Shown here piece by piece: positions 19,998-31,159 of a stretch of DNA of 64,000 nucleotides. Made by a program: the position numbers and the translations under genes. The notes under the pieces are model-generated. The model searched no databases. It saw nothing but the letters and a program-made list of their open reading frames with translations, and was not told the DNA's origin. How positions within the stretch are numbered: the stretch's first letter is position 1; every line of letters begins with the position of its first letter. Source of the stretch: an uncultured Methanosarcinaceae archaeon (GTDB lineage Archaea > Halobacteriota > Methanosarcinia > Methanosarcinales > Methanosarcinaceae); assembly GCA_963721455.1 (NCBI GenBank), contig CAVRJG010000021.1, positions 252-64,251 on the forward strand. Direction: 5' to 3'.

Positions 19998-21233
19998 CTA
20001 TGAGCGAAAATCCCCTTTTTCCTTTCTATCTGAGAGATCACTCAGTTTAAACTGTTTTGTGGATTTTTTAACATCAAAATAATCTCTAGCAGCCTTTCCC
20101 ACGGCTTCGCAGTGTTCTCTCAGGCTGTATACCCCCATTCTCCAGTTATCCATATGGGCCTCCTGCAGGATGGATACGAAATGGGAAGCCTCGTTAAGAG
20201 GGATCATTTTGTGATCCGTCTTTATCATGGCCCGCATTTCTAACATTTCAGGTGTCTTTGGGATGTCCACAAGCACATACCGAGGATCAACCCCGGCGAG
20301 TTCTGCAATTTCTTTTTCTGCTCTCCGGATCCTGTCACGATGCCTGAGTACGGCTTTTCCGACATCTTCAAGTCCCACGTATAGTGCCCGCTTATACAGT
20401 TTACGGGCATCCAGCCGCCGCGAAAGTTCCTCTGCATATCCTGACCCGGTTGCGTTCCGCATTGCTGCCACAAGGTCTATGTCATCCATCTGTCTGAGCC
20501 TTAACGGGTCAAGCTCCTTGTTTTCGATCATGTATTCCACTGCTCTGGAACACATGGCTTCCGAGATCCTGGTTACATGATGATAATAGACGGATGTGTT
20601 CATCCAGAAGCGTGAGACCAGAAGGGATTCGGCAGCTTTTAACCCTCCATAGTCGACAACGAGCCGGTCTTCGTAAAAATTCATTTGATTTATCAGGCGG
20701 TTATAATCTACAACTCCAAAGGCAACCCCTGTGTAATGTGCGTCCCGGACAAGATAATCCATTCTGTCCACATCAATCTCGCTGCTAAGGATCTGCCCTA
20801 TAGAGGTTTCTCCTTTGATGTGTTTTGCAAGGTTTCCGGGGGAAATTCCATATTTGTTCAAGACTTCCCTTATTTCGCCTTTCCCCAGTATTTCCTTTAC
20901 ATCGTCATGCCTGCGCCTCGTGTACCTGTCAATTATATTCTCGGTAACATGGGAAAAAGGTCCGTGCCCCACGTCATGCAGAAGGGATGCGGCTCTTATC
21001 TCAGTTTTTTTGTCCCCTTCAATCGAGTCGAGATTCCGGGTTAGCATGGAGGTAAGGTGCATTGTTCCAAGGGAGTGTTCAAAGCGGGTGTGATTCGCTC
21101 CCGGGTAAACAAGGTTTGAAAAGCCAAGCTGTCTGACCCTTCTGAGGCGCTGCATCTGGGGAGTGGCAAGAAGTTCCTGAATCAAATCGTCCAGCTCGAT
21201 GTAACCGTGTACGGGGTCAAGGACAACTTTCAT
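19998..21233 (-). CDS. HD-domain phosphohydrolase (dNTP triphosphohydrolase-like)
   Basis: DPVHGYI, QRLRRVRQLG, HTRFEHSLG, LLHDVGHGPFSH, DVDRMDYLVRD. Confidence 0.92.
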   Translation of the reverse strand: MKVVLDPVHGYIELDDLIQELLATPQMQRLRRVRQLGFSNLVYPGANHTRFEHSLGTMHLTSMLTRNLDSIEGDKKTEIRAASLLHDVGHGPFSHVTENIIDRYTRRRHDDVKEILGKGEIREVLNKYGISPGNLAKHIKGETSIGQILSSEIDVDRMDYLVRDAHYTGVAFGVVDYNRLINQMNFYEDRLVVDYGGLKAAESLLVSRFWMNTSVYYHHVTRISEAMCSRAVEYMIENKELDPLRLRQMDDIDLVAAMRNATGSGYAEELSRRLDARKLYKRALYVGLEDVGKAVLRHRDRIRRAEKEIAELAGVDPRYVLVDIPKTPEMLEMRAMIKTDHKMIPLNEASHFVSILQEAHMDNWRMGVYSLREHCEAVGKAARDYFDVKKSTKQFKLSDLSDRKEKGDFRS

Positions 21234-21343
21234 TATTCTTTAGACAGATTTCATTATATATTGCTGTTACTATTACTCTGATACTGTGAATTTTGCAGGA
21301 AACCCGCTACCCGAAAGCTGGAAAAGGATCGGAAGGTATTATC

Positions 21344-22267
21344 ATGATTATATTTTCAGGCGGCACCGGAACTCCAAAGCTCCTTGACGGACTCAAGGAA
21401 ATCCTCCCGCCGGAGGAACTGACCGTTGTTGTAAATACTGCCGAAGACCTCTGGGTTTCGGGAAATCTGATTTGTCCCGATCTGGATACGGTGCTCTATC
21501 TGTTCTCAGACCAGATCGACAGGAAGAAATGGTGGGGAATACAAAACGACACCTTTCAGACTCATGAGCGCATGCAGGAACTGGGCTTCAGGGAAAGCAT
21601 GAAACTTGGGGACAGGGACAGGGCAACCCACATTATGCGCTCGAATCTAATCCGGAGTGGAGTATCCCTTACAGACGCGACTTTAAAACTTGCGTCCATT
21701 TTCGGTATTGGTGCAAAGATTTTGCCCATGTCTGATGATCCTGTCTCCACTTATATAGAAACTCCCGAAGAGGTCATGCATTTTCAGGACTTCTGGATCG
21801 GGAAACATGGAGAACCCGAAGTACTGGGAGTTGACCTAAGGGGAGTTTCCGAAACTTCAATTTCTCCAAAGGTACTCGAAGCCCTGGAAAATGACGACAA
21901 TGTCCTTATAGGGCCGAGTAATCCGATCACGAGTATAGGTCCTATTATTTCCTTGCCGGGCATGAAGAGCCTGCTGGGAAAGAAGAAGGTCGTGGCAGTC
22001 AGCCCAATCATTGGCAATGCTCCTATCAGCGGACCTGCCGGAAAGCTGATGCAGGCATGCGGGCTTGAGGTCTCTTCCATGGGAGTTGCGGAATATTATC
22101 AGGACTTTCTGGATGTTTTTGTTTTCGATGAAAGGGATCTGGCAGATGAATTCGCGTTTGAGAAGCTAGGATGCCGTGCCGCCCGTGTCGACACCCTCAT
22201 GACCTCAACTGAAAAAAGCAGGGAACTGGCAGAGTTCGTAACAGGGCTGTTTGATACTATTGTCTGA
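21344..22267 (+). CDS. cofD: 2-phospho-L-lactate transferase (F420 biosynthesis)
   Basis: FSGGTGTPKLL, VNTAED, PDLDTVLY, LGDRDRATH, HFQDFW, IGPSNPITSIGPI. Confidence 0.95.
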   Translation: MIIFSGGTGTPKLLDGLKEILPPEELTVVVNTAEDLWVSGNLICPDLDTVLYLFSDQIDRKKWWGIQNDTFQTHERMQELGFRESMKLGDRDRATHIMRSNLIRSGVSLTDATLKLASIFGIGAKILPMSDDPVSTYIETPEEVMHFQDFWIGKHGEPEVLGVDLRGVSETSISPKVLEALENDDNVLIGPSNPITSIGPIISLPGMKSLLGKKKVVAVSPIIGNAPISGPAGKLMQACGLEVSSMGVAEYYQDFLDVFVFDERDLADEFAFEKLGCRAARVDTLMTSTEKSRELAEFVTGLFDTIV

Positions 22268-22596
22268 TCTTCATTTCCATTTCACTTTTTTTGCCCGGAC
22301 TTTTTCGGATATTATCTGATTTTTAAAGAGTTTCCCGCCCTCAAACATCCTTTAATTTATTGATACTAAAATAATTATTTATTATACCCTTGCAAGGATA
22401 TGATGTATTTAAATACCAAAATTATATCAAGTACTTTGGTGTTTCCCTAAAGTTGATCTATCTTCTCTATGTAGTTCCTTCGTTTTTGCGTTTTTTGGCT
22501 CGCTGCCAGGAAGCGATTTGCTTGAAGCACGATAGGATAATATTATCTGGAATACTACTTACAGGAATATCGCAACAGCCAAAAAGAGTTAATACC

Positions 22597-23169
22597 ATGC
22601 TTGAAATGTTAAAAAGCTCTCTCATTAATTCTCCTGTGATCAAGCGAGGAGAATACAATTACTTTATCCATCCTATCTCTGATGGTGTACCATCCATAGA
22701 CCCCCATATGGTTGAAGAGATCGCCGAATATATTCTCCAGATTACTGATATTAAAAAAGTTGACACTATTCTCACGGTAGAGGCTATGGGTATTCCTGTA
22801 GCAAATGCTCTTTCCCTGAAAACAGGAATTCCATTGACTATTGTTCGGAAGCGCCCTTATTTCCTTGAAGGAGAAGTGGAACTTTCTCAGAGCACAGGGT
22901 ATTCTAAAGGTGTGCTCTACATAAATGGGCTCAAAAGAGGAGACAGAGTAATTATCGTGGATGATGTAATCAGTACTGGCGGAACGCTGCTCGCACTCGT
23001 AAAAGCGCTAAAAACTATGGGTGTGGAGGTTCTGGATGTAATTTCCGTTATCGGGCGTGGGTACGGCTATTTAAAATTAAAGGAACTCGGGGTTGAACCC
23101 AAAATTCTCGTTACAATTGATGTAAGCGAGAAAGGTGTGGAGATTAAGAATGTCTTTGGGGATCAGTGA
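22597..23169 (+). CDS. hpt: archaeal hypoxanthine/guanine phosphoribosyltransferase
   Basis: [34 protein letters not shown]-binding loop. Confidence 0.9.
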   Translation: MLEMLKSSLINSPVIKRGEYNYFIHPISDGVPSIDPHMVEEIAEYILQITDIKKVDTILTVEAMGIPVANALSLKTGIPLTIVRKRPYFLEGEVELSQSTGYSKGVLYINGLKRGDRVIIVDDVISTGGTLLALVKALKTMGVEVLDVISVIGRGYGYLKLKELGVEPKILVTIDVSEKGVEIKNVFGDQ

Positions 23170-24157
23170 AGCGTTTGACTTAAGGCCTGACTATATTATC
23201 AGTGTGATAAGGAACCTGGGTGCAAAAACCGTAGGTTTCCAGTTCCCTGAAGGGCTCAAAAGGAAAGGTCCGAATCTCGCAAAAAAGGTTGAAGAAGCTA
23301 CCGGCGCTGAGGTTCTTATCTCCGGAGACCCCTGCTTTGGAGCATGTGACCTGGACAGGATCTTGCTGGAGCATGTGGACATTCTTTTCCATTTCGGGCA
23401 TGCAGAACTTGAGGACACGAAACTTTCAGAGAAAGTCTATTTCATAGAAACGCGCTCTTCAGTTGATGTCAGGCCTGTTGTTGAAAAAGCCGTGCCTGAA
23501 CTTAAAGGCCAGAGGATAGGGCTGATCACTACTGTTCAGCACGTCCACAAACTCCCTGATGCCTGCGATGTTCTCGAAACCGGTGGAAAGACCTGCGTGA
23601 TCGGGCGCGGGGATTCCAGGATCGCCTATCCCGGGCAGGTACTGGGCTGTAATTTTTCGGCAGCCAGGGACGAAGTCTGTGATGAATACCTGTATATAGG
23701 AAGCGGGGATTTCCATCCTTTAGGTGTGGCTCTTTCCACAAAAAAGCGTGTTCTTGCAGCCGACCCTTTTTCCGGGGAAGTCCGGGAGGTCGATCCTTCA
23801 AGAGTTCTTCGCCAGCGGAGTGCGGTAATTGCAAAGTCCCTGGATGCAAGGGTTTTCGGGATCATCGTCTCAAGCAAAAACGGGCAGGAAAGGATGGAAT
23901 TGGCTGCGTCTTTAAAAGAGCTTGCGAAGAAGCATGGAAAAGAGGCATATATGATCCTGATTGATCTTGTAACTCCTGACCAGCTGCTCCAGTTCAAGGC
24001 TGACGCTTTCGTAAATACTGCCTGCCCAAGGCTTGCCGTTGATGAGGTGGGGCGTTTTCCCTCCCCTATGCTTACGCCTCAGGAGTTTGAGATCGTACTT
24101 GGAGAAAGGGAATGGGAAAAGCTTGTGCTTGATGAAATTACCGAGGAACCGGTGTGA
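23150..24157 (+). CDS. dph2: diphthamide biosynthesis enzyme Dph2
   Basis: [35 protein letters not shown] (three Fe-S Cys). Confidence 0.93.
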   Translation: MSLGISEAFDLRPDYIISVIRNLGAKTVGFQFPEGLKRKGPNLAKKVEEATGAEVLISGDPCFGACDLDRILLEHVDILFHFGHAELEDTKLSEKVYFIETRSSVDVRPVVEKAVPELKGQRIGLITTVQHVHKLPDACDVLETGGKTCVIGRGDSRIAYPGQVLGCNFSAARDEVCDEYLYIGSGDFHPLGVALSTKKRVLAADPFSGEVREVDPSRVLRQRSAVIAKSLDARVFGIIVSSKNGQERMELAASLKELAKKHGKEAYMILIDLVTPDQLLQFKADAFVNTACPRLAVDEVGRFPSPMLTPQEFEIVLGEREWEKLVLDEITEEPV

Positions 24158-24293
24158 TTTTTTACTTTCAGATTACATCAGTTAAAAAAAGTTAAAGGGT
24201 GTAATAGAAGAATCTGTGAAGGGCTTTTTACAGGAAATTTTAAAACATATATAAATTCTAAATACAAATAAATAGGGAACTAAAGTAGATGAA

Positions 24294-24887
24294 ATGAAAC
24301 AAAGAAAACTTGAGATGCTACTTGAAGAAGTGGAAGATTTTTCCGATCCTGAACTTGAGCTGGAGCAGTACCAGACTCCTCCTCCCCTGGCTGCGGAAAT
24401 CCTGCATTTTGCTTACATGCAAGGTGACCTTGATGATTCTGTCCAGGATCTGGGCTGTGGTACCGGAATCCTTGCAATCGGGGCAAAGCTTCTGGGAGCC
24501 AGAAAGGTTGTGGGGTATGATACGGATCCGAAAGCACTTGAAATTGCAAAAACAAATGCCAGAAAACTTGGAGTCGAAGTCGAGTTCGTATTCACGGATA
24601 TTGCCGACGTTACAGGGCATGTAAAAACCACGCTTATGAATCCTCCTTTCGGGGCAAGAGTGAAGGGCAGGGACAGGCCTTTTCTTTCGTCAGCATTAAG
24701 AACAAGTGAAGTGATATACTCAATTCACAACCGCGGAAGCCTTGCTTTTATCCAAAAGTTCATTAAGCCTGCGGTCATTACACATTCTTACGTTGCGAAA
24801 CTCCCTCTAAAACGAACCTTCGACTTTCATAAAAAAGAAAGAGAGGTTATTGAGGTAGAGATTTACAGACTTACAATCTCTAAATAA
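24294..24887 (+). CDS. METTL5-family SAM-dependent RNA methyltransferase
   Basis: [16 protein letters not shown] motif I, NPPFG motif IV. Confidence 0.9.
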   Translation: MKQRKLEMLLEEVEDFSDPELELEQYQTPPPLAAEILHFAYMQGDLDDSVQDLGCGTGILAIGAKLLGARKVVGYDTDPKALEIAKTNARKLGVEVEFVFTDIADVTGHVKTTLMNPPFGARVKGRDRPFLSSALRTSEVIYSIHNRGSLAFIQKFIKPAVITHSYVAKLPLKRTFDFHKKEREVIEVEIYRLTISK

Positions 24888-25178
24888 ATTCCAAATTCAG
24901 TACCGTTTACGGCATCACTTTTTATAGTGCTATGTCTTCAGGGCTTTATTTCAAAAAGGCGAATAATAAACACATGCTTAAACAAGTATGCCTATGTATA
25001 TCCAACTGTACGGTGCGTCTATAGGGACAAATTTGGCAGATAATATGAACGTGATAATCTATTCCCCTCCTGAGGTTGATTATCTGTCGATTGGAAACTG
25101 CCAGCATTCTATAATATTTTGATAGTTACTGAGATTATGATTTATATTGATTACTAATGATAATTAGAATGAGGGATC

Positions 25179-26174
25179 ATGATTAGAATCCGAAAAAATA
25201 AAACTACGAGAAAGAAATTGACTGGTCCGAGCGAAGGAAAGCCACTTGCCGAAAAGGCGGCTCAAATCGCTTCAGAAAGCAGAGAGCAGTCAAGGGACCA
25301 GTTTAAAAGTCAGCCCAGGGATCAGTCCAGAGACCAGTTTAAAAGTCAGCCCAGGGATCAGTCCAGAGACCAGTTTAAAAGTCAGCCCAGGGAACAATCC
25401 AGGGAGCAGTTTAAAAGCCAGCCCAGGGAGCAACCCAGGGAGCAGCCCAGGGATCAGTTTAAAAGTCAGCCCAGGGACCAGTCGAAGGACCAGTTCAGGG
25501 GAGACCAGAGTAAAAAAAGAAGGTTCCCTTACCCAAAAAAAGCTCCACGGGAAAGAACGGATATGCCTGGCTCCAGGGTCCCCCGCGAAGTAGAAACACC
25601 GGAAGAAGATCTTGAAAAAGGAGGCTTTGTTCTCCCTGGAGAACTCGTTGGAACCACAGAGGAGTTCAAGCCGGGAGCAGGAACAGCCATGTCTGCCGGA
25701 GATATTTACTCTACAGCTACCGGGAACGTAATTATTGATAGGAAAACCAGAATAGTCTCGGTCAAGCCAAACACGCTCACTCCGAATATCCTTAAAATAG
25801 GAGATATCTTGTATGGCAAGATAACTGACGTGCGCGAATCCGGGGCAATGGTAGAAGTTGGAGGAATTGAAGGCAAAGAAGGCAGGGAAGTCGTCAATTC
25901 ACGGCTTGGGGATATCCATGTGTCAAATGTGAGGGACTCTTACGTTAAGAGACTTGCAGACGAGTTCAGGCCCTCTGATATAATCAGGGCCAGAGTCATC
26001 GACACTGAGAGAATCCGCCTGACAACAGCTGAGGAATCCCTCGGAGTTGTGAAAGCTTACTGCTCAAATTGCAGAGGGGAACTGGTGCTGGAAGGGAAAA
26101 AGCTTAAATGCCCGGCATGCAATATGACTGAAACCCGCAAGATCTCCACCGAGTACGGGAAAGGGATACAGTAA
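25179..26174 (+). CDS. csl4: exosome component Csl4 with long repetitive N-terminal extension
   Basis: VLPGELVG, S1 domain GDIHVSNV..YV....DEFRPSDIIRARV, LGVVKAYCSNC...CPAC..ETRKIS zinc ribbon; upstream of rpoL. Confidence 0.9.
   Translation: MIRIRKNKTTRKKLTGPSEGKPLAEKAAQIASESREQSRDQFKSQPRDQSRDQFKSQPRDQSRDQFKSQPREQSREQFKSQPREQPREQPRDQFKSQPRDQSKDQFRGDQSKKRRFPYPKKAPRERTDMPGSRVPREVETPEEDLEKGGFVLPGELVGTTEEFKPGAGTAMSAGDIYSTATGNVIIDRKTRIVSVKPNTLTPNILKIGDILYGKITDVRESGAMVEVGGIEGKEGREVVNSRLGDIHVSNVRDSYVKRLADEFRPSDIIRARVIDTERIRLTTAEESLGVVKAYCSNCRGELVLEGKKLKCPACNMTETRKISTEYGKGIQ
25286..25500 (+). repeat. 36-bp/12-bp tandem repeats encoding (DQSRDQFKSQPR)n
   Basis: CCAGTTTAAAAGTCAGCCCAGGGA units recur about 5 times. 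Confidence 0.85.
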
Positions 26175-26246
26175 ATTTCTTTCTCCCTATAGGTATGGGT
26201 TTCTGCACAATCGACTATATTACTCACCATTTACAGGTGATCACCA

Positions 26247-26525
26247 ATGGAACTGAACATTCTTTCTAAAACAGATAACGAGCTTGAAGTTGAGCTCAAA
26301 GGCGAGACACATACCCTTCTCAATATGCTTAAGGACCTCCTGATCAGAGACGAAAGGGTTGAGATTGCCTTTTATGATATGAAGCACGTGAGCATTAGTG
26401 ACCCGATCCTTTACATCAAAACCGATGGTACAAACCCTATTGAGGTCTTAAAGGACGCTGCTTCGATAATTATTGCTCAGTGTGACGAATTTACTGATGT
26501 ATTTAGCAAGGCAGTAAACGCCTGA
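26247..26525 (+). CDS. rpoL: DNA-directed RNA polymerase subunit L (Rpo11)
   Basis: GETHTLLNML...HVSISDPILYIKT; 92 aa; follows csl4. Confidence 0.93.
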   Translation: MELNILSKTDNELEVELKGETHTLLNMLKDLLIRDERVEIAFYDMKHVSISDPILYIKTDGTNPIEVLKDAASIIIAQCDEFTDVFSKAVNA

Positions 26526-26845
26526 AATTCCTTGAAATGACTGCATAACGTCTTCTTAAAGGCGTTCTGCTCTCTTTTCCGGCAATCCGGAACTTTTCCC
26601 AGTTGAGGGTTTCTGGTAGTTTTTCCAATGAGCTTTTGCTATCCTCGAATCTCGGGGATTTCTGGAATACTTTTTTATGAATTCTATGCGTATCCTGCGT
26701 AAATAAGGAATCTCAAATGCGGGAATCTGGCTAGAAGCATTAAACCGGGCAGGGTATGCCGGCTCTTGTCAGCCTGATGAACCCTAAACTAGCATTTGTA
26801 ACTTAATAATCATAAACTAAACCTACAGTTAACATCGAGGTATGA

Positions 26846-28012
<1,167 letters not shown>

Positions 28013-28169
28013 GTTCGTTTAAACCGGATCGTATTTGATGCTCAGGAGAATTACGGCCTCTAGTTCTGAATCTCTGGCATCTCTCATATTTTTTTGAAGC
28101 AGATAAATTCAGGAATTCCAGAGCAAAAAATGCATGTTTTCGGAATCTATCTGCTGAATCTATCTGCTT

Positions 28170-28505
28170 TTATTTTTTTAACTCAACGTTTTCCACGTAT
28201 CCTTCTCCTCTGGGAGTCAGGACATAATATGTAATCCCTTCGCTTTCCTCCTTTTCAATACAGAGGGTACTTTCTAGCATATTGAGGTTGTAACTTGCCT
28301 GGGAGTCCGTGAGCTTGAATTCGGCTTTTATCTCTTCCAGGGATTTTTTCTCTACCAGGGCTTTAAGGATGCTTCTCCGGACAGGGTTTTGCAGGGCATT
28401 AAGGCAAGACTTATGGTCTTCGGTCATGTCCTCTTTCATCCTGCCTTCCTTTTTCATCTTTGCAACCCATTCTTTTTTTCTTTTTGCGGCTTCCTCGGGG
28501 GTCAT
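28170..28505 (-). CDS. winged-helix (ArsR-like) protein
   Basis: ALQNPVRRSILKAL...YNLNMLE...YYVLTPRG. Confidence 0.75.
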   Translation of the reverse strand: MTPEEAAKRKKEWVAKMKKEGRMKEDMTEDHKSCLNALQNPVRRSILKALVEKKSLEEIKAEFKLTDSQASYNLNMLESTLCIEKEESEGITYYVLTPRGEGYVENVELKK

Positions 28506-28628
28506 GGCTGATCATTATTATATTGACATGAATGTCTAAATAAGTTTGTGAAAAGCGAGAATAGTGAGAACTGCAAAACAGCCCTTCCGGGCTCAGTATA
28601 TAAATAATCCCACTTCCAATATTTTGCC

Positions 28629-29180
28629 ATGAAACAGAACCCAGAGCTTGAATCCCTCGAACTGCTTGCAAAAATAATCCTCACTGCCGCGCGGACAGCC
28701 CCAAAAGGAAAAGGCATTGACGATATCATAACCTGCCTCCTTTCTCAGGAAGAAAAATCTGAGCTTGCCGATAATATGGAAAAGCTAAGCGAAATCAAAG
28801 GTATCAAATTCCTGTTTCGGGACGCCAAAAATGTCAGGGACGCCGATGCCATTGTCCTTATAGGGCTGAAGGCTTCCGGCGTGAGCAATCTGGACTGCGG
28901 AGCCTGCGGGTTTGGAACTTGCAAAGAAATGCTTGAACACGGAGAAGTGCAGAAAGAGTTTCTCGGCCCCCAGTGCATGATCAAGTACCTTGACCTCGGA
29001 ATTGCCGTGGGATCGGCAGCAGCAAAGGCAAAGGACCTCTGTATCGATAACCGTATCCTTTATTCTGCAGGGGCTGCAGCCTGTTACTTCAAAATGATAG
29101 AGGCAGACGTGGCAATGGGGCTTCCGCTGAGCGTTAAAGGAAAGAACCTGCTTTCGGCAGGTAACTTGTTTTTTTCGTAA
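28629..29180 (+). CDS. ferredoxin-like DUF2148-type protein
   Basis: AARTAPKGKG, LDCGACGFGTC, DLGIAVGSA, IDNRILYSAG. Confidence 0.75.
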   Translation: MKQNPELESLELLAKIILTAARTAPKGKGIDDIITCLLSQEEKSELADNMEKLSEIKGIKFLFRDAKNVRDADAIVLIGLKASGVSNLDCGACGFGTCKEMLEHGEVQKEFLGPQCMIKYLDLGIAVGSAAAKAKDLCIDNRILYSAGAAACYFKMIEADVAMGLPLSVKGKNLLSAGNLFFS

Positions 29181-29484
29181 CATTTTTACTGATAACGTTT
29201 TTGCTGGGAAACACATTATCCCTTATACAAAACATTATTGCAAAAATGGTTCATTGTTTATATATGTCGTGAGATTTTGGTTATATGTTAACCAGTTTCA
29301 AACACGTCACATATTTATATTATGTTTGAAAAACACTATCAGTAAAAATCCTCCTACTTTAATGTCGACCTGCCGAATATAGGAAAGAATATCTTTTTTG
29401 ACCGGGAATCCACAAGAAAAGTTCAGGAATAAAATCTATTTTTCTCTTTTTATACATAAATTCCGTATAAAGAAAAGGTTAATT

Positions 29485-29521
29485 CAGGCGCAGCAGTGAC
29501 ATTTTTTCTGCTGCTTACCTG
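29485..29521 (-). terminator. hairpin between convergent genes (lysA 3' end)
   Basis: GCAGCAG (29490-96)/CTGCTGC (29508-14) stem with flanking CAGG/CCTG. Confidence 0.45.
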
Positions 29522-29576
29522 TCTTTATTGAGATCCCTTTCTGAATGTTTTTCTTGTTTTCACTGGAGCATTTCTC

Positions 29577-30839
29577 TCACCTGAAGTTTTTCAGGGCTTC
29601 GAAGTCAAGAGTTGCAAAGTAATCCTCAATGGTTTCGGCTCTCCTTATCTGCACAACGCTTCCGTCCTTCCTGAGAAGAAGTTCGGCAGAACGGAGTTTT
29701 CCATTATAATTGAAACCCATTGCATGCCCGTGAGCTCCGGTGTCATGGATTGCAAGGATATCCCCTATTTCTATTTCAGGAAGGGGCCTGTCAATTGCGA
29801 ACTTATCGTTGTTTTCGCAAAGGGAGCCGGTTACGTCATAATTGCGGACAGGAGCTTCCTTTTCTTTTCCAAGCACGGTTATGTGGTGGTAGGCTCCGTA
29901 TACTCCGGGACGCATTAAGTTGGCCATACAGGAATCCATCCCCACATAGTCTTTGTAGGTATGTTTTAGGTGCCTTACCTGGGAAATAAGGTATCCATAG
30001 GGGCCTGTGATCACACGGCCGCATTCCAGGAAGACTTTGAGCGGATAAAGCCCGTTAGCTGTAATCGTGGCTTCGTAGGCTTCTCTGGCACCTTTTGCCA
30101 CGGCTTCGAAGGAGACAGGTTCCTGTTCGGGCCTGTAGGGGATTCCTATGCCTCCGCCGAGGTTCACAAATTCAAACCTTATATCCAGTTCTTTTGTGAT
30201 TTCAATTATTAGTTCGAAAAGGATTCTTGCGGTTTCCACAAAGTAATCAGGGTTCAATTCGTTCGAGGCAACCATTGTGTGCATTCCGAAACGCTTCACT
30301 CCCTTATCCCTCAGTATACGGTAGCCTTCAAAAAGCTGGTCTCTCGTAAAGCCGTACTTTGCCTCTTCCGGTTTTCCTATGATGGAATTTCCCCCTTTAA
30401 GGGGGCCCGGATTGTACCTGAAGCAAACAATTTCCGGAAGCCCTGCATATTTCTCAAGGTAGTCAATATGGCTTATGTCATCAAGGTTTATGTAAGCCCC
30501 AAGTTCCTTTGCCTTTATGAACTCGTCAGAGGGAGTATCATTTGAGCTGAACATAATGTCTTCACCAGTCATTCCCGCTTTTTCGGCAAGAATTAGTTCC
30601 GGCAGGGAACTGCAATCCGCACCGAAACCCTCGTCTTTGAGGATTTTGAGAATAAATGGGTTTGGAAGGGCTTTTACGGCAAAAAACTCTTTAAAACCGG
30701 GAACTTCCCTGAAAGCTGCTTTCATTCTCCGCGCATTTTCCAGAATGGCTTTTTCATCGTAAATGTGAAACGGGGTGGGGTACTTTTTCATTATTTCCAG
30801 AATATCTTCTTTGGTGAAGGGAAGGTCCTTTGAAAACAT
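29577..30839 (-). CDS. lysA: diaminopimelate decarboxylase
   Basis: FFAVKALPN PLP lysine, EAKYG, NLGGGIG, LECGRVI, GSLCENND, GAHGHAMGFNYNG. Confidence 0.95.
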   Translation of the reverse strand: MFSKDLPFTKEDILEIMKKYPTPFHIYDEKAILENARRMKAAFREVPGFKEFFAVKALPNPFILKILKDEGFGADCSSLPELILAEKAGMTGEDIMFSSNDTPSDEFIKAKELGAYINLDDISHIDYLEKYAGLPEIVCFRYNPGPLKGGNSIIGKPEEAKYGFTRDQLFEGYRILRDKGVKRFGMHTMVASNELNPDYFVETARILFELIIEITKELDIRFEFVNLGGGIGIPYRPEQEPVSFEAVAKGAREAYEATITANGLYPLKVFLECGRVITGPYGYLISQVRHLKHTYKDYVGMDSCMANLMRPGVYGAYHHITVLGKEKEAPVRNYDVTGSLCENNDKFAIDRPLPEIEIGDILAIHDTGAHGHAMGFNYNGKLRSAELLLRKDGSVVQIRRAETIEDYFATLDFEALKNFR

Positions 30840-31159
30840 ATTATTACCTTTTACCTGTTTTTTGTTTAATGGATTTTGTACTAATTTGAACTTTTACTCC
30901 TTTATTAGTTTTTCTCCCCGAATTGCGCCTCGGGATCACAGGAAATCGGAGATTTTCTGGGAGTTGCGATGTAATCGCAACAGTAACGGTCCTTCTCGCT
31001 TCGCTCGAGAGGACTAATTTATGGAAAAGTAAAATTACTTTTCAACTTGCTCAAGCGGACTAATTTCTGGGACAGAAATTTTCCGGTCTGCAGGTGTTTT
31101 CCATGGTTGAAGAGCTTGAAGTTAATATTATAAATTTTTACATTCGAAAGTGCAAATGG

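Noticed and set aside
26716-26800. Possible structured leader upstream of pscS (AAATGC/GCATTT, CCGGGCA/TGCCGG)
   Set aside because: Stems are short and imperfect, and there is no second copy to show covariation.
29130-29180. Possible frameshift at the very end of the DUF2148-type gene
   Set aside because: Affects only the last few residues and cannot be judged without orthologs.
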